Program-made: the position numbers and the translations under genes
Notes under the pieces: generated by a model
Told to the model about the DNA's origin: nothing
The model's database searches: none
Seen by the model: only the letters and a program-made list of their open reading frames with translations
IMG/VR virus record: IMGVR_UViG_3300031949_000001
Location: 283,305 to 347,304 of that record
DNA from: a virus
Lineage: Duplodnaviria; Heunggongvirae; Uroviricota; Caudoviricetes
Length of the DNA stretch: 64,000 nucleotides
Direction: 5' to 3' (one strand)
Shown here: in pieces, positions 43,418-53,331 of the stretch
Numbering within the stretch: position 1 is the first letter of the stretch
Layout of the letters: each line of letters opens with the position of its first letter

Positions 43418-44584
43418 TCAAGCAAAAGATAGGTTTATAACGTCAAACGTTGCGTAATAATCGCTTGCATTTGGAGCAGCAAATGATGCCTCTTTTGTTG
43501 CAAATGGTAGAATTATTTCACCATCTTTTTTATACTTCCGACCGTGAGTTACCATAGTGTGCGGACAATAGAATAAACCACCATCAAGTTCTCCAGAGCC
43601 GCCTTTATATCCAATGAGTATTTTATCGATTGGTGTATGTGTATTATCATAATATGTTGGAAGGTATGAATACACATCAATGGAACCATTGAGTTTACCG
43701 ACGAGCATTGTACAATTCGGACCCTTGAACGATCCCTTCAAAGCCGGTGCGAATACCGCATGCTGCGAAACCTGCAAGACCGAAACCATCATCGGAGAAC
43801 ATAATATCCAATTACCAGGACCACGGTGAGTTTTACGAGCTATATCATTAGCAGTCTTGCTAATGTTTATAATGACTGACGAAAATCTATCAGCAATGAA
43901 AGCAGGCTGCTCTGGATCTTTTTTCTGAAAAATGGTAGAGAAATCAAAGTTCGGATATTTTGCACTTATGTCGATAAGTTTTTGAATGTATCGATCATCC
44001 AATTCTTGAACAAGCGCAGATGCGACTATTTCTTCCAATTCCTTTGCAGCATTCCAATCTTTGTGGTTACGTTCTAGGTTTTTAATGCAACTGACAGAAA
44101 TTCCTGTCTTGCATTTTTGAGTTAATGTGGATACATCACTAGCAACGACGTTTAATGACATAGAACGTCCACCAGTACCTTCTAGTTCAGGATTATCTTC
44201 GTACCTATATTGAAAGTAATAAACCTTTCCATCATTAGTCTTCATTGGTTGAGTACCAAGAAGTTCTTTGACAACGGTGCCTTCTGCGACATGTTTAGCC
44301 ATATTTTCATAATCTAATCCTTCAATCAAAGTACCTTCGCGCTCTCGACGGGCGACGTACTTGTGTTGATTTGTTAGAATGGCTTTTAAGTATTGCTCTG
44401 GACGACGATCTAGATACTCGGCAACTCCACTAAAATCATCCGTTTCTTCGTTATATGATTGAGTGGTGCGAAAGACAGCAGTGTCTTTTAGAAGTTCTTT
44501 CTTTTTTTCAATCCATGGATTATTTGGTATGTTTGCCATATACTTTTCCTCTTCGGTTGTAAAAGTATATAGCCCGGAAAACAC
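43418..44584 (-). CDS. T4 gp23/gp24-type capsid protein paralog (vertex-like)
   Basis: IARKTHRGPGNWILCSP, VGKLNG...VY, LIGYKG...DGGLFYCP motifs of gp23-family proteins. Confidence 0.8.
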   Translation of the reverse strand: MFSGLYTFTTEEEKYMANIPNNPWIEKKKELLKDTAVFRTTQSYNEETDDFSGVAEYLDRRPEQYLKAILTNQHKYVARREREGTLIEGLDYENMAKHVAEGTVVKELLGTQPMKTNDGKVYYFQYRYEDNPELEGTGGRSMSLNVVASDVSTLTQKCKTGISVSCIKNLERNHKDWNAAKELEEIVASALVQELDDRYIQKLIDISAKYPNFDFSTIFQKKDPEQPAFIADRFSSVIINISKTANDIARKTHRGPGNWILCSPMMVSVLQVSQHAVFAPALKGSFKGPNCTMLVGKLNGSIDVYSYLPTYYDNTHTPIDKILIGYKGGSGELDGGLFYCPHTMVTHGRKYKKDGEIILPFATKEASFAAPNASDYYATFDVINLSFA

Positions 44585-44597
44585 GAGGCGTGCAAAT

Positions 44598-45104
44598 CTA
44601 TGTGATTTTTACTGTTCCAATCAATTCCAAAGCATTCATATCGAACCAAACGGTACTTTCACAATCCCAGGCATGCATGATTAGAGGCATGTCTTCGCTA
44701 TAATCTGGATCATAGTGTATACCATCATATTGAGATGAAATGAGCTTCCAAGGGAAATGTTTAATTATAAACAATTTACTATCCCACGAGTCTGATGAAA
44801 GAGGGTAATCAGGTCCAAGATGCTTACGATAAATTACTTCTGCCTCATGATCATTACGAATCGTTAAAATTTTTGCTTGAGGTTTAGCTTTGAAAAGGAA
44901 TCCTTTAGGTGAGAACCATTCAGACATCTCACTCTTACACCATTCCACCCAAGAACTAGTGTAATTGCCGTCTAGGGCTTTAAAGGCGGTTGAAGTCCAG
45001 AAAGCATTCTTTGGTTTGAGACAAGATTTCTCACCAGAAATTTCAAAACGATGATGTTTGTCCGGTGGGTTAGAATCACCACCACGCATTGGGCTTTCTT
45101 CCAT
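44598..45104 (-). CDS. Conserved phage hypothetical protein
   Basis: FWTST...SWVEWC...YDGIH...AWDCESTVWF; start adjusted to MEESP. Confidence 0.7.
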   Translation of the reverse strand: MEESPMRGGDSNPPDKHHRFEISGEKSCLKPKNAFWTSTAFKALDGNYTSSWVEWCKSEMSEWFSPKGFLFKAKPQAKILTIRNDHEAEVIYRKHLGPDYPLSSDSWDSKLFIIKHFPWKLISSQYDGIHYDPDYSEDMPLIMHAWDCESTVWFDMNALELIGTVKIT

Positions 45105-45114
45105 CCAAAGTTGA

Positions 45115-45591
45115 TTACTGAGCGTATTTAACGTACTTATCATAGAACTCTTGGGGCTGACCTTTTCCAAGAGGGGTATTATACCACTGTTTCCAATAAT
45201 TTCCAAGAGCCATAATATCATCCGGGTCGGTTGGAAGCGGAGATGGAATTCTCAGATACTTAATACGAGCCATAGCAGCAGCATAATAAGGATTTTCAAC
45301 CATTATTTCAGCGTCTGGAAATTTCGTTTTATCATCATTTTGAATGAAAGACCGAACTTTAGCTGCCAAGGTTGCTCGATATTTCAGATAATTTTTCCAG
45401 CAATCATCGTGGGTAGCGGGTTCGCACTGAAAGTAACCTAAAGCTGGTCCACCAATTTGTCGTGTGTATGTCAAAAGACTTTCTTGAAGTGCTGTCCCAA
45501 CGAGAAGGTTTTCAGCAACTTGAGACCATAGCGCTAGTCTTTGGAGAACGGGGCGAACCACGTTCAATCTGAAGGTTATCGGGTCATCCAT
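45115..45591 (-). CDS. Lysozyme-like (putative endolysin or virion muralytic) protein
   Basis: GTALQES catalytic Glu, GPALGYFQCEP, YWKQWYNT; late promoter at 45620-45626. Confidence 0.7.
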   Translation of the reverse strand: MDDPITFRLNVVRPVLQRLALWSQVAENLLVGTALQESLLTYTRQIGGPALGYFQCEPATHDDCWKNYLKYRATLAAKVRSFIQNDDKTKFPDAEIMVENPYYAAAMARIKYLRIPSPLPTDPDDIMALGNYWKQWYNTPLGKGQPQEFYDKYVKYAQ

Positions 45592-45642
45592 TTAAATCTC
45601 CTTTAAATATCATATGATTTATTTATGGTCTGTAGAAATAAG

Positions 45643-45666
45643 AAAGGGCGGAAAAATCCGCCCTTT
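45643..45666. terminator. Intrinsic terminator
   Basis: AAAGGGCGGA-AAAA-TCCGCCCTTT. Confidence 0.8.
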
Positions 45667-45693
45667 CAAGACTTTGACTAATGTTTCTATTGC

Positions 45694-46668
45694 TTACTTC
45701 GAACCGGTTGAGTAACCGTCGCCTGCGCTCTTCCTATGAAATCCTCTTGCGAACTTTCTCGGGTCAATTGTATAACCTTGATTACCAGAAGCCTTCTTCA
45801 TCTTCTCAACGTGTTCAACTGCGTCTTTATAGTTAGGGAAAATACACTGAATTTTATCGCCTTCCATCACAACGTAGCCTTCTTCATCTTGTGGTACGTC
45901 ATTCAATCCTGCTGCCTTGCGGAAGAAGTCTAGATCCAAACCTTCCTTCTTTACACCGTAGGTGCCAGCACTCTTCTTAACGGCTTCTTTTGCCTTGTCT
46001 GATGCGGCGCTCTTGTCTAGAGCGGCTGCTGCATTCTTCGCACCTGATGCGTCTTCCTTGACTGTCTTGGCGCCATCATCAGCGCTCTTGACGGTTTCGT
46101 CACGCATGTGCTCGTTGTGCTTTTTCCACTTTTCATCTTTCTTGATATTTGGTGATCCTTCCATGCCACTGACCTTTGAGCCAGAGTCTTTGAAAGAATT
46201 ACCTTTGACTTCACTGTCGTATTGACCATGTAGACTCTTTGAGCCAGTATTGGTATCAACAACTGTTTCTAGAATACCGTCGAACTGTTTGAAATAGCCA
46301 GTCATTTCACCTTCAGTGACTTGGAACTTAACGCCCGCGTCGTTTAGTTTCTTCCAAAGGATAGCTTCTGTAACTTGCTTGGCGACCTTCTTGTCGCCGA
46401 AGTGCTTGGTAGCAGATGTAAGAACCTTGTCAAGAGTTTCGCACATTTCATGTGCTTTCTTGTTGCCCTTAGCAATCTTACCGACTGCCTTGAACTTCAT
46501 TTTCTTCATCTTCTTGTCAGCCATTTGCTTTTCAGTAAGATTAGCCTTTTTGGCTTTCTTCTTTTTAGCATCGCCTTTGTGAAGCACGGCTTCAGTAACC
46601 ACCCCGGCACGTTCGTCGGCTGTGATTGGAAGTCCTGCTAGCAATTTATATTGAGAAACTGTGTTCAT
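45694..46668 (-). CDS. Putative prohead core / internal head protein
   Basis: Highly charged, multiple [ILV]xE sites, two ...AGL motifs; TATAAATA at 46701-46708. Confidence 0.6.
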   Translation of the reverse strand: MNTVSQYKLLAGLPITADERAGVVTEAVLHKGDAKKKKAKKANLTEKQMADKKMKKMKFKAVGKIAKGNKKAHEMCETLDKVLTSATKHFGDKKVAKQVTEAILWKKLNDAGVKFQVTEGEMTGYFKQFDGILETVVDTNTGSKSLHGQYDSEVKGNSFKDSGSKVSGMEGSPNIKKDEKWKKHNEHMRDETVKSADDGAKTVKEDASGAKNAAAALDKSAASDKAKEAVKKSAGTYGVKKEGLDLDFFRKAAGLNDVPQDEEGYVVMEGDKIQCIFPNYKDAVEHVEKMKKASGNQGYTIDPRKFARGFHRKSAGDGYSTGSK

Positions 46669-46745
46669 ATTGTAGCTCCTTAGTCTTGAGTCTTCTTAGT
46701 TATTTATAAGCCTTTCAGGAAAATAGACTAATTTCTTTCAAGGGG

Positions 46746-47105
46746 TTATCCAAACATTGCTGCCCAAACGTTAAAATCAAAGTTACCGGCTGCTCGGGTA
46801 TATCTAAATCGAGCCTTTCCTGGTAGTACATCATTTGCGCTTATGTTTACTTGCGCAAGTACACCTGGAAGAACTTCGAGGCGAGTAGTAGTATCAGTAA
46901 CAACTGCGGCTGAAGTAATCAATGTCACTTCACCACCAGTCGGTGTTAATGCGCCAATACTGAAGGTAAAATTTCCAGCGGCGCCATTGGTAGTTTCGAT
47001 GTACAATGCCAATCCGGAGCCACCAAATGTTAATGGAATATCCACGAAGCCCGTAATCGCAACGGCTGCTTGAGAGAATACATTTTTTACGTTCAGAAAC
47101 CTCAT
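46746..47105 (-). CDS. Putative virion structural protein
   Basis: Beta-rich, Gly/Ala/Thr-rich, in the late operon. Confidence 0.6.
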   Translation of the reverse strand: MRFLNVKNVFSQAAVAITGFVDIPLTFGGSGLALYIETTNGAAGNFTFSIGALTPTGGEVTLITSAAVVTDTTTRLEVLPGVLAQVNISANDVLPGKARFRYTRAAGNFDFNVWAAMFG

Positions 47106-47119
47106 TGGTTCTTTCCTTT

Positions 47120-47145
47120 AAAAAGGGAGACATGCTCCCCTTTTT
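47120..47145. terminator. Intrinsic terminator
   Basis: AAAAAGGGAG-loop-CTCCCCTTTTT. Confidence 0.7.
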
Positions 47146-47177
47146 GATTATTTTATGTTATTTGGTCACTTCCTTGG

Positions 47178-47816
47178 TTAAATTGATACTGCAACGCCCG
47201 TTTCTGGATCAATCCAAGCTGCTGCGGCTGTATTACCATAAGCAATACGCCCAGCGCCTCCTGCTGCATCACTTACAAAAATCATACCGCCTGCAACAAC
47301 TGGTGGAAGACCTGTAGTAAGATATGTTGGCAGAACAGGGACGCTAGCAAATACAAGTTCACCAGTAGTAACACTAAGTTCTACATTAGATGTGTTTGCT
47401 GCACCCTTAAGGACTTTGTCAACCCGATCTACAATAAGTTGCGCTGGTGATGCGACTTCTGCATCTGCTTGCATATTAAATACAGTGTTTGTTCTGGACG
47501 AAATAAACACTTGTCCATCAGCAAATCCACCATCAACGGCAACGATACGAACTTGGTGTGGACCTTGAATTTCCATGTCCATTTCCACGTTAGCACCATG
47601 AATAACTCTTGTTTCTAAGGTACCAGTGTCAGCATATCCTACGTTGTAAAAAATACCAGAGTACGATTGAACGTCAGCTACGCCTTCGTTTGGTGATTGT
47701 GGACCCTTAACTCGCAAAGAAGTTGCGTTGTCTTTACGACCAATCAATACCACAGTATCCGCAGGTTGATTGCCAGCGTTTAAAGCTAATTGTCTTAAGT
47801 AAGCAAAATATGACAT
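47178..47816 (-). CDS. Putative virion structural / decoration protein
   Basis: C-terminal LPTY...LP...GGMIFVSDA...AY motif seen in fibre/decoration proteins. Confidence 0.65.
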   Translation of the reverse strand: MSYFAYLRQLALNAGNQPADTVVLIGRKDNATSLRVKGPQSPNEGVADVQSYSGIFYNVGYADTGTLETRVIHGANVEMDMEIQGPHQVRIVAVDGGFADGQVFISSRTNTVFNMQADAEVASPAQLIVDRVDKVLKGAANTSNVELSVTTGELVFASVPVLPTYLTTGLPPVVAGGMIFVSDAAGGAGRIAYGNTAAAAWIDPETGVAVSI

Positions 47817-47847
47817 GTGTTTTCTCCGTTTTTTTAAACATTAATCA

Positions 47848-49764
47848 TTAAACTATGAACCAGTTTGTACCATCAGATATAGCAGTTACTGTATCGTATT
47901 GGTTTGCAAGCGAGAATGATGCCGCACCGTCAATTGTACCTGCTGCTGGTGTTGCTGCTACAGCATTTACTGAAGCATCGACTTTCTTGACGAGGACGCG
48001 ACGACCCAAAGCTGCTGCTGGGAAAGTAACTGCGCCAGCGCCTAAAGTAGCATCTGCAAATACAACTTCATCTGTGATTGCCATAACGTATGGAACTGCC
48101 TGCGAAGTAACTGCACTTCGAACGTCTGAACTATCAAGAACGACTACACCAACCTTGGCGTTAACAGATGTTACTGGGAACGTAATCGCAACGTTTGCTG
48201 CTGCTGTAATCAAACCTTTCGCATTGACGGTAAATTGACCTACGTTTGTTGCAGTACCGAATGAACCAACGTTACCGTTTACAGTTGCTAATGTTGTTAC
48301 AAAGCTGTTAGCTGGACCAGTTAGAGCGGAAACTGGGACAGTAACGTCACCAGTTAGAGCCAATGTATCTGCCTTGTTTACCTTTTGGGCATCTGCGGTA
48401 TCGACATATAGCTTCGTTGTTGCATCACCAGCTAGTGTTGGTGCTCCCATGTTGGTGATTTTAAAGCCACCCATGTTGAGATCCACAGTAGCTGGACCAG
48501 TAACACTCAAACCACCTGTTGCGACGATATTACCTACAACGGATATGCCTGTTGCGGTAAATGTTGCGACGTTTACACCACCAGATGCAATACCAACCTG
48601 TCCTGCTGCTGCGCGATAGAAACCGGTTGTTAGATCGTTCGTGAATGCGAATTCTGGAGCGGCTGCTGTACCTGTACCTGGAGTAAAGAATCCTGAGAAT
48701 ACTGTTACGCCTGCTGCGCTGAATAGAACCTTCTGCGCGCCAGCAATTGCAACACTAACTTCGTTAACGGCACTGTGATAGAAACCTGTGCTGAGATCAC
48801 CCAAGAATGTAATTGCGGGGACTGCTGCGGAACCAACTGGATGTACCAAGACACCTGTCATTGTGTCGCCTGCAACATCAACGTAGGTAGTACCGATACC
48901 AGCGATTGCTGTATCAACGTAGCCCTTTGTTGCTGCTCCTAGTGGGATAACTGGAGCGGCTGCTAGAACCAACGCACCTGTTAGCGTACCACCTGTGATT
49001 GGTAGAAATAAACCAGCAATTGATCCTGATGTTAGAATGTCGCTGTATGTTGAACCATCATTCGTTAATTCCCATACGTCTATTCCTTCATTCCAACGAA
49101 GATAAGTGTTTGGCTGTGTGCCACGATCTACACCAAAGAAAACGTTAGTTGATGGAGCACCGACCCAATCGTTATTAAGAACGAATGTGTCAGAAGGGGT
49201 TCCATCTATATCTGCCTTGGACAAGAGACCATTTGCCAAGTCAGTGAATGTTGGGTGTAAAGCATCTTGGGAGTCAACGTATTGCTTTGTTGTCGCGCCC
49301 ATAGCGGCTGTTGGGTTAGCGTTTAGAATAAGCGGACCAGTCATCGTTGCGCCAGATAGCGGAACAAAACTTGTCTGCATAGCCCATAGTGGTCTTTCGT
49401 CAAAAATCATGTCGTTGGTGATTGCTGTTGTACCATTAACAAGGTAGACATAAGCAAGAGGAATCATGCCTGCTGGAACGGCTGGTGCAGGAGGGCTACT
49501 CGTTGCTGCTGGTACACCATAAACAAGCTGGACTGAAGCGTTGGCTGTGAGTGCTACAAGCACCCATACTGCAAGACCGGCTCCTGGTGGAACCATCACT
49601 GCGGTGTTGCCGCCAGTGAATTCGACTAACGTGTTACCACCGACCCAATAAGCGCCTTCGGCGATGCGGGAAGTTAGGTTTGGAACTGGCTGTTGACTGA
49701 CTTTGAGTGTCTCGAAATAAGCACCCAAACGAAATGCTGTATTACCTTTTGGTGGAACGTTCAT
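47848..49764 (-). CDS. Tail/head fibre-like protein
   Basis: 638 aa, repeated MTG.L.L...P.....ATK.YVD and G(S/T)AAxP..F..D..TGFY units; CTAAATA at 49798-49804. Confidence 0.8.
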   Translation of the reverse strand: MNVPPKGNTAFRLGAYFETLKVSQQPVPNLTSRIAEGAYWVGGNTLVEFTGGNTAVMVPPGAGLAVWVLVALTANASVQLVYGVPAATSSPPAPAVPAGMIPLAYVYLVNGTTAITNDMIFDERPLWAMQTSFVPLSGATMTGPLILNANPTAAMGATTKQYVDSQDALHPTFTDLANGLLSKADIDGTPSDTFVLNNDWVGAPSTNVFFGVDRGTQPNTYLRWNEGIDVWELTNDGSTYSDILTSGSIAGLFLPITGGTLTGALVLAAAPVIPLGAATKGYVDTAIAGIGTTYVDVAGDTMTGVLVHPVGSAAVPAITFLGDLSTGFYHSAVNEVSVAIAGAQKVLFSAAGVTVFSGFFTPGTGTAAAPEFAFTNDLTTGFYRAAAGQVGIASGGVNVATFTATGISVVGNIVATGGLSVTGPATVDLNMGGFKITNMGAPTLAGDATTKLYVDTADAQKVNKADTLALTGDVTVPVSALTGPANSFVTTLATVNGNVGSFGTATNVGQFTVNAKGLITAAANVAITFPVTSVNAKVGVVVLDSSDVRSAVTSQAVPYVMAITDEVVFADATLGAGAVTFPAAALGRRVLVKKVDASVNAVAATPAAGTIDGAASFSLANQYDTVTAISDGTNWFIV

Positions 49765-49821
49765 TTCTTTTTCCTCACAAGTGGGATTGTATTGGAGTAT
49801 TTAGTAATGTGAACGAATTTT

Positions 49822-50112
49822 TTGAGTAAATATCGATTTGGAGGAACGTTTATGCATGGAGGATTGCGAACATCAAGAAACGATCTAAAGCTTTCGTTTA
49901 TTGAAAAAGCACTCAAAAAATTTGGGAATCGTTTTAATTATTCATTGGTTGAATACATTAATCAACACACGCCCGTTAGAATCATTTGTACTACTCATTG
50001 GATATTCGAGCAGACACCAAATCATCATCTATTTACTAAAGAAGGATGCCCGCGATGTGGTCATGAAAAATCAAATAAAAAACGAACGAAAATTACGAAA
50101 GTGGATCAGTAA
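49822..50112 (+). CDS. Zn-ribbon (DUF723-like) module, probable homing endonuclease remnant
   Basis: FNYSLVEY...TPVRIICTTH..FEQTPNHHL...GCPRC without a nuclease domain. Confidence 0.6.
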   Translation: MSKYRFGGTFMHGGLRTSRNDLKLSFIEKALKKFGNRFNYSLVEYINQHTPVRIICTTHWIFEQTPNHHLFTKEGCPRCGHEKSNKKRTKITKVDQ

Positions 50113-50815
50113 TAACCGGTTGAACTCCATATGGAGTTCGACGGAACATAATATTGCCGGTATGAAGATCCATGCCGGCTTTTTTCACTTTACGAACAGA
50201 TTTAATTGCTGTTATCGCTGTTTGGAGATAACGGTCATGAATATCAGATATTTTAAGATTGAGTTCAACACCCAATATTCGTTTAACTTTACCATTATAA
50301 GCCAAACTTTGAAGAATATCAGCATAAAACCATATTTTACTTGTTCCCATGTTTCCTAAGATGTCTTCTTCGTGGGTTGTTAATTCACGACCTAATAATC
50401 GATAAATTAAAAAATCGTGTTCTTTTATGTTCAAATCATCGGAATTATATAGTCTCTCCATATTTATTTTATAACAATACCTCGGACCATAATTTACGTC
50501 TTCTTTATGTTGGAAAATTTCAATAGAATATATTTGTGGGAAAACAGGAAGTTTCAAATTTTTTATTCTGTTAATATAATTTAAATACCCGTCTCGTGTA
50601 GGCAATCCATAGCCATAATTCTCAGTCTTTCCAATTTTAAAAATTGAAGATGAATCCATTTTGTTTTCAAAGGCAGAAGCATATGCTCCAGAAGCTGATA
50701 CTCTCTCACCAGCAACATTAACTTTTGATAGCATAGGACCAACGTCGGGGTCTTTTATAACCTGTTGGATTGTTTTATCCGGATATTGTTGTTGAAAGAA
50801 TTCCAAGAGTTTCAT
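50093..50815 (-). CDS. T7 gp0.7-like Ser/Thr protein kinase (paralog 2)
   Basis: SGAYASAF, IFKIG, DLHTGNIMFRRTPYGVQPVITDP; ATAAATA at 50835-50841. Confidence 0.88.
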   Translation of the reverse strand: MKLLEFFQQQYPDKTIQQVIKDPDVGPMLSKVNVAGERVSASGAYASAFENKMDSSSIFKIGKTENYGYGLPTRDGYLNYINRIKNLKLPVFPQIYSIEIFQHKEDVNYGPRYCYKINMERLYNSDDLNIKEHDFLIYRLLGRELTTHEEDILGNMGTSKIWFYADILQSLAYNGKVKRILGVELNLKISDIHDRYLQTAITAIKSVRKVKKAGMDLHTGNIMFRRTPYGVQPVITDPLS

Positions 50816-50877
50816 GTGATTGCCTTGAATTCTTTATTTATCAAGTTGACAACACCAAGAAGTAATAGTATCCTTCT

Positions 50878-51273
50878 ATGGTATATAACTGGACGATGCA
50901 CATGATACCAAGGCTTGGAACATTATGGAATGGAAAATGGTCTTATGACCAATCATCAGGCGTGGGATTACGATTAGAAGGTCTACCGACAGACGTTGAT
51001 TCTTTCATTCTCATATTAGCATCTTATGGATGTCATCCAAAAGCTGCCGAGCGCATCCTTGATAGATTGAAGAGTCGAGGATATGATGAACTAACTGTAA
51101 GGTCGCAGCTTGATTTCGTCTCGTTGGCACAAGATATGAACAAGTTATCCGTAATCCTCTCCATTATCCCACCACAAGAAGATTGGACTAAAAAATTCGA
51201 TGATGGCGCGTTTGAAAAAGAATTACTAGACAAAGCATTCCGCATTCATGAAGAACGTCGAGATAGATTATAA
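50878..51273 (+). CDS. Hypothetical protein
   Basis: 131 aa ORF after a TTGACA-17-TATCCT promoter. Confidence 0.7.
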   Translation: MVYNWTMHMIPRLGTLWNGKWSYDQSSGVGLRLEGLPTDVDSFILILASYGCHPKAAERILDRLKSRGYDELTVRSQLDFVSLAQDMNKLSVILSIIPPQEDWTKKFDDGAFEKELLDKAFRIHEERRDRL

Positions 51274-51287
51274 TTTAGGAGATAATA

Positions 51288-51767
51288 ATGGAAATATTTT
51301 ACGCAGTCCAATCCCTTCCGAAATCTATATTTTTGGCTGGACCGACGCCTCGTGACGCAAATACTCCGTCTTGGAGACCTCGGGCTCTTGAAATATTAGA
51401 AGAAATTAACTTCGACGGAGCAGTTTTCGTTCCTGAAAGTGAAAAATGGACTACGAAAGAAGAGTATCTTTCCCAAGTTGAATGGGAATGGGAAGGCATG
51501 AATGGGGCTACAGTTGTCGTGTTTTGGATTCCTCGAAACCTTGAGGAGATGCCAGCATTTACAACCAACGTGGAATTCGGGTTAATGGCACACAGTAGCA
51601 AAGTTGTTCTAGGATACCCACCACATACTCCCAAAATGGGATACCTTCATGCGTTGGCAAAACGCTACAACATTCAAGTCGTCTCAAGTCTTGAAACATT
51701 GTTAGCTATTGCTGTTGAAACGACCAAGAAGCCGTTTGAGTCGGAAGTCAGATACGATATTGCTTAA
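51288..51767 (+). CDS. Nucleoside 2-deoxyribosyltransferase-like protein
   Basis: SIFLAGPTPR...SWR...QVEWE...FWIPR...FTTNVEFG. Confidence 0.85.
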   Translation: MEIFYAVQSLPKSIFLAGPTPRDANTPSWRPRALEILEEINFDGAVFVPESEKWTTKEEYLSQVEWEWEGMNGATVVVFWIPRNLEEMPAFTTNVEFGLMAHSSKVVLGYPPHTPKMGYLHALAKRYNIQVVSSLETLLAIAVETTKKPFESEVRYDIA

Positions 51768-51943
51768 TAAATGTCATACGCACCGTCGTAATTGCTCCAA
51801 TATTCAACCCAATCGATTTCTTTACCAGTGCTCATACAATTGGGGCATGCATCTAGATCAACGTCTCGTGTATGTGGATTAAAAAGCATAGCACCGTTGC
51901 CAGTGCCTTTACATTTTGAACATTCTTTAGGAAGAGATTCCAT
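51764..51943 (-). CDS. Small DnaJ-type Zn-finger protein
   Basis: Manual translation MESLPKECSKCKGTG...CPNCMSTG. Confidence 0.6.
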   Translation of the reverse strand: MESLPKECSKCKGTGNGAMLFNPHTRDVDLDACPNCMSTGKEIDWVEYWSNYDGAYDIY

Positions 51944-52244
51944 TCTCTTTCTTCCAAGTTAACCAAGTCTTCAAAATTGTGACGTTGAATGAATCATCCC
52001 ATTGTTTATGTGTTTGTATTAAAGCTGTAAGTCTATCTGAACAACCCTTGACCATATCCTCAAACATCCTGAACAGCAACGAATTATCCCAATATGGGTG
52101 AAACTCCTCATAGTCATTTTCAGAATGTTTTGGCGCCAATCTGTCGAGACGATATACAATACCAGAATGTTTACCGATAGCTAGATCAATACCAAATGTA
52201 TCACCGATTAGGATACATTCTTCTTTAGTTAGATCATAAAACAT
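51927..52244 (-). CDS. Hypothetical protein
   Basis: 105 aa ORF. Confidence 0.65.
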   Translation of the reverse strand: MFYDLTKEECILIGDTFGIDLAIGKHSGIVYRLDRLAPKHSENDYEEFHPYWDNSLLFRMFEDMVKGCSDRLTALIQTHKQWDDSFNVTILKTWLTWKKENGISS

Positions 52245-52426
52245 TATTTTTTCCTTTTTTCGCTACCCCAAACTTTGTTTTGGGCAGCTTGTGCCATGAT
52301 CACGAACATTGCGGACGTTAATTCTTTAAAGCCGCCTCTCATAACCGCGTCGGCTGCGTACTGCGAAGCCCAATCATGGAATTCATCAAAATCCATTTCT
52401 TGACAAGTTTTTTCACTTTTACTCAT
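52244..52426 (-). CDS. Hypothetical protein
   Basis: 60 aa ORF. Confidence 0.6.
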   Translation of the reverse strand: MSKSEKTCQEMDFDEFHDWASQYAADAVMRGGFKELTSAMFVIMAQAAQNKVWGSEKRKK

Positions 52427-52644
52427 GTTGTCTTCTCCTCGTTATTAATATTTTTTGTAATACGGGGTTCGCGTCTCCATACATCGAATATTCGACCATC
52501 GAATATACTTTGTGTCAATGCGAGCCCGCAACTTTTGCACCACCACGCCTCATGTCCAGATGAATAATCCGTCTCTCCGGTAGACAACAGTTTAACCCAA
52601 TCGTGGGTATCTTTTGTAAATTTACAACTCATGAAATTCACCAA
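52423..52644 (-). CDS. Small Zn-binding protein
   Basis: C...HDW...WCKSCG. Confidence 0.6.
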   Translation of the reverse strand: MVNFMSCKFTKDTHDWVKLLSTGETDYSSGHEAWWCKSCGLALTQSIFDGRIFDVWRREPRITKNINNEEKTT

Positions 52645-52702
52645 TTACTAGTAATTACTGTTTTGGAGCAAGAGCCGGTCCAGTTGCGACCGGCTCATTT
52701 CC

Positions 52703-53314
52703 TTATAGAGCGGCGAAAGAAAGTCCAAGCAATACGATCAACGCAATCAACATCCATATGCGCCAGTAGTTTGTATTTTCACTTTCATAGCTATCACCAT
52801 TTTTACGATATACGACCGTTTTCTTGTAGTGCCAGAAACCAGTACGTTCCATCGTGACAGTCTGAAGAACACAGATGCGTCGATACGTGTAAATCCAGAT
52901 TGGAAGCCAAATACACAAGCCGAGTGTCACACCAATAACATTTATGATTTCATGACCAAAGACATGAGCAATCAAAACCGCTACACCGATTTTACCGGCT
53001 GGCGTAGTCACGAATTCGTTAACAGTAATCCCGAGTTCTTTAACGATAGAAGCAAGCCCACGACCAACGCTAGTGCCAGCATCAACCCATTTCTGGAAGT
53101 TCTCTGGACTAACTGTGGTAGTGGAATTTTTCGTACTAGCAGCTTCCTCCGCTACTTTTTGTAGAATCGTCGTCTGTTGTGCTGGTGTCAATTTGAACCA
53201 ACCGGCATCTGTAACCGATTGAGTATTCAATGAATCCGCAGCACTTGCGCTGTGCATGTAGCCGCCCGCAATCAAGAACATTATTACAACAAAAACAAAA
53301 GCCAATCTATTCAT
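52703..53314 (-). CDS. Membrane protein
   Basis: Signal peptide plus 2-3 TM helices. Confidence 0.75.
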   Translation of the reverse strand: MNRLAFVFVVIMFLIAGGYMHSASAADSLNTQSVTDAGWFKLTPAQQTTILQKVAEEAASTKNSTTTVSPENFQKWVDAGTSVGRGLASIVKELGITVNEFVTTPAGKIGVAVLIAHVFGHEIINVIGVTLGLCIWLPIWIYTYRRICVLQTVTMERTGFWHYKKTVVYRKNGDSYESENTNYWRIWMLIALIVLLGLSFAAL

Positions 53315-53331
53315 ACACTTCTCCTTGGTTA

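Noticed and set aside
49822-50112. Functional homing endonuclease
   Set aside because: Only one Zn-ribbon module and no nuclease domain; treated as a remnant.
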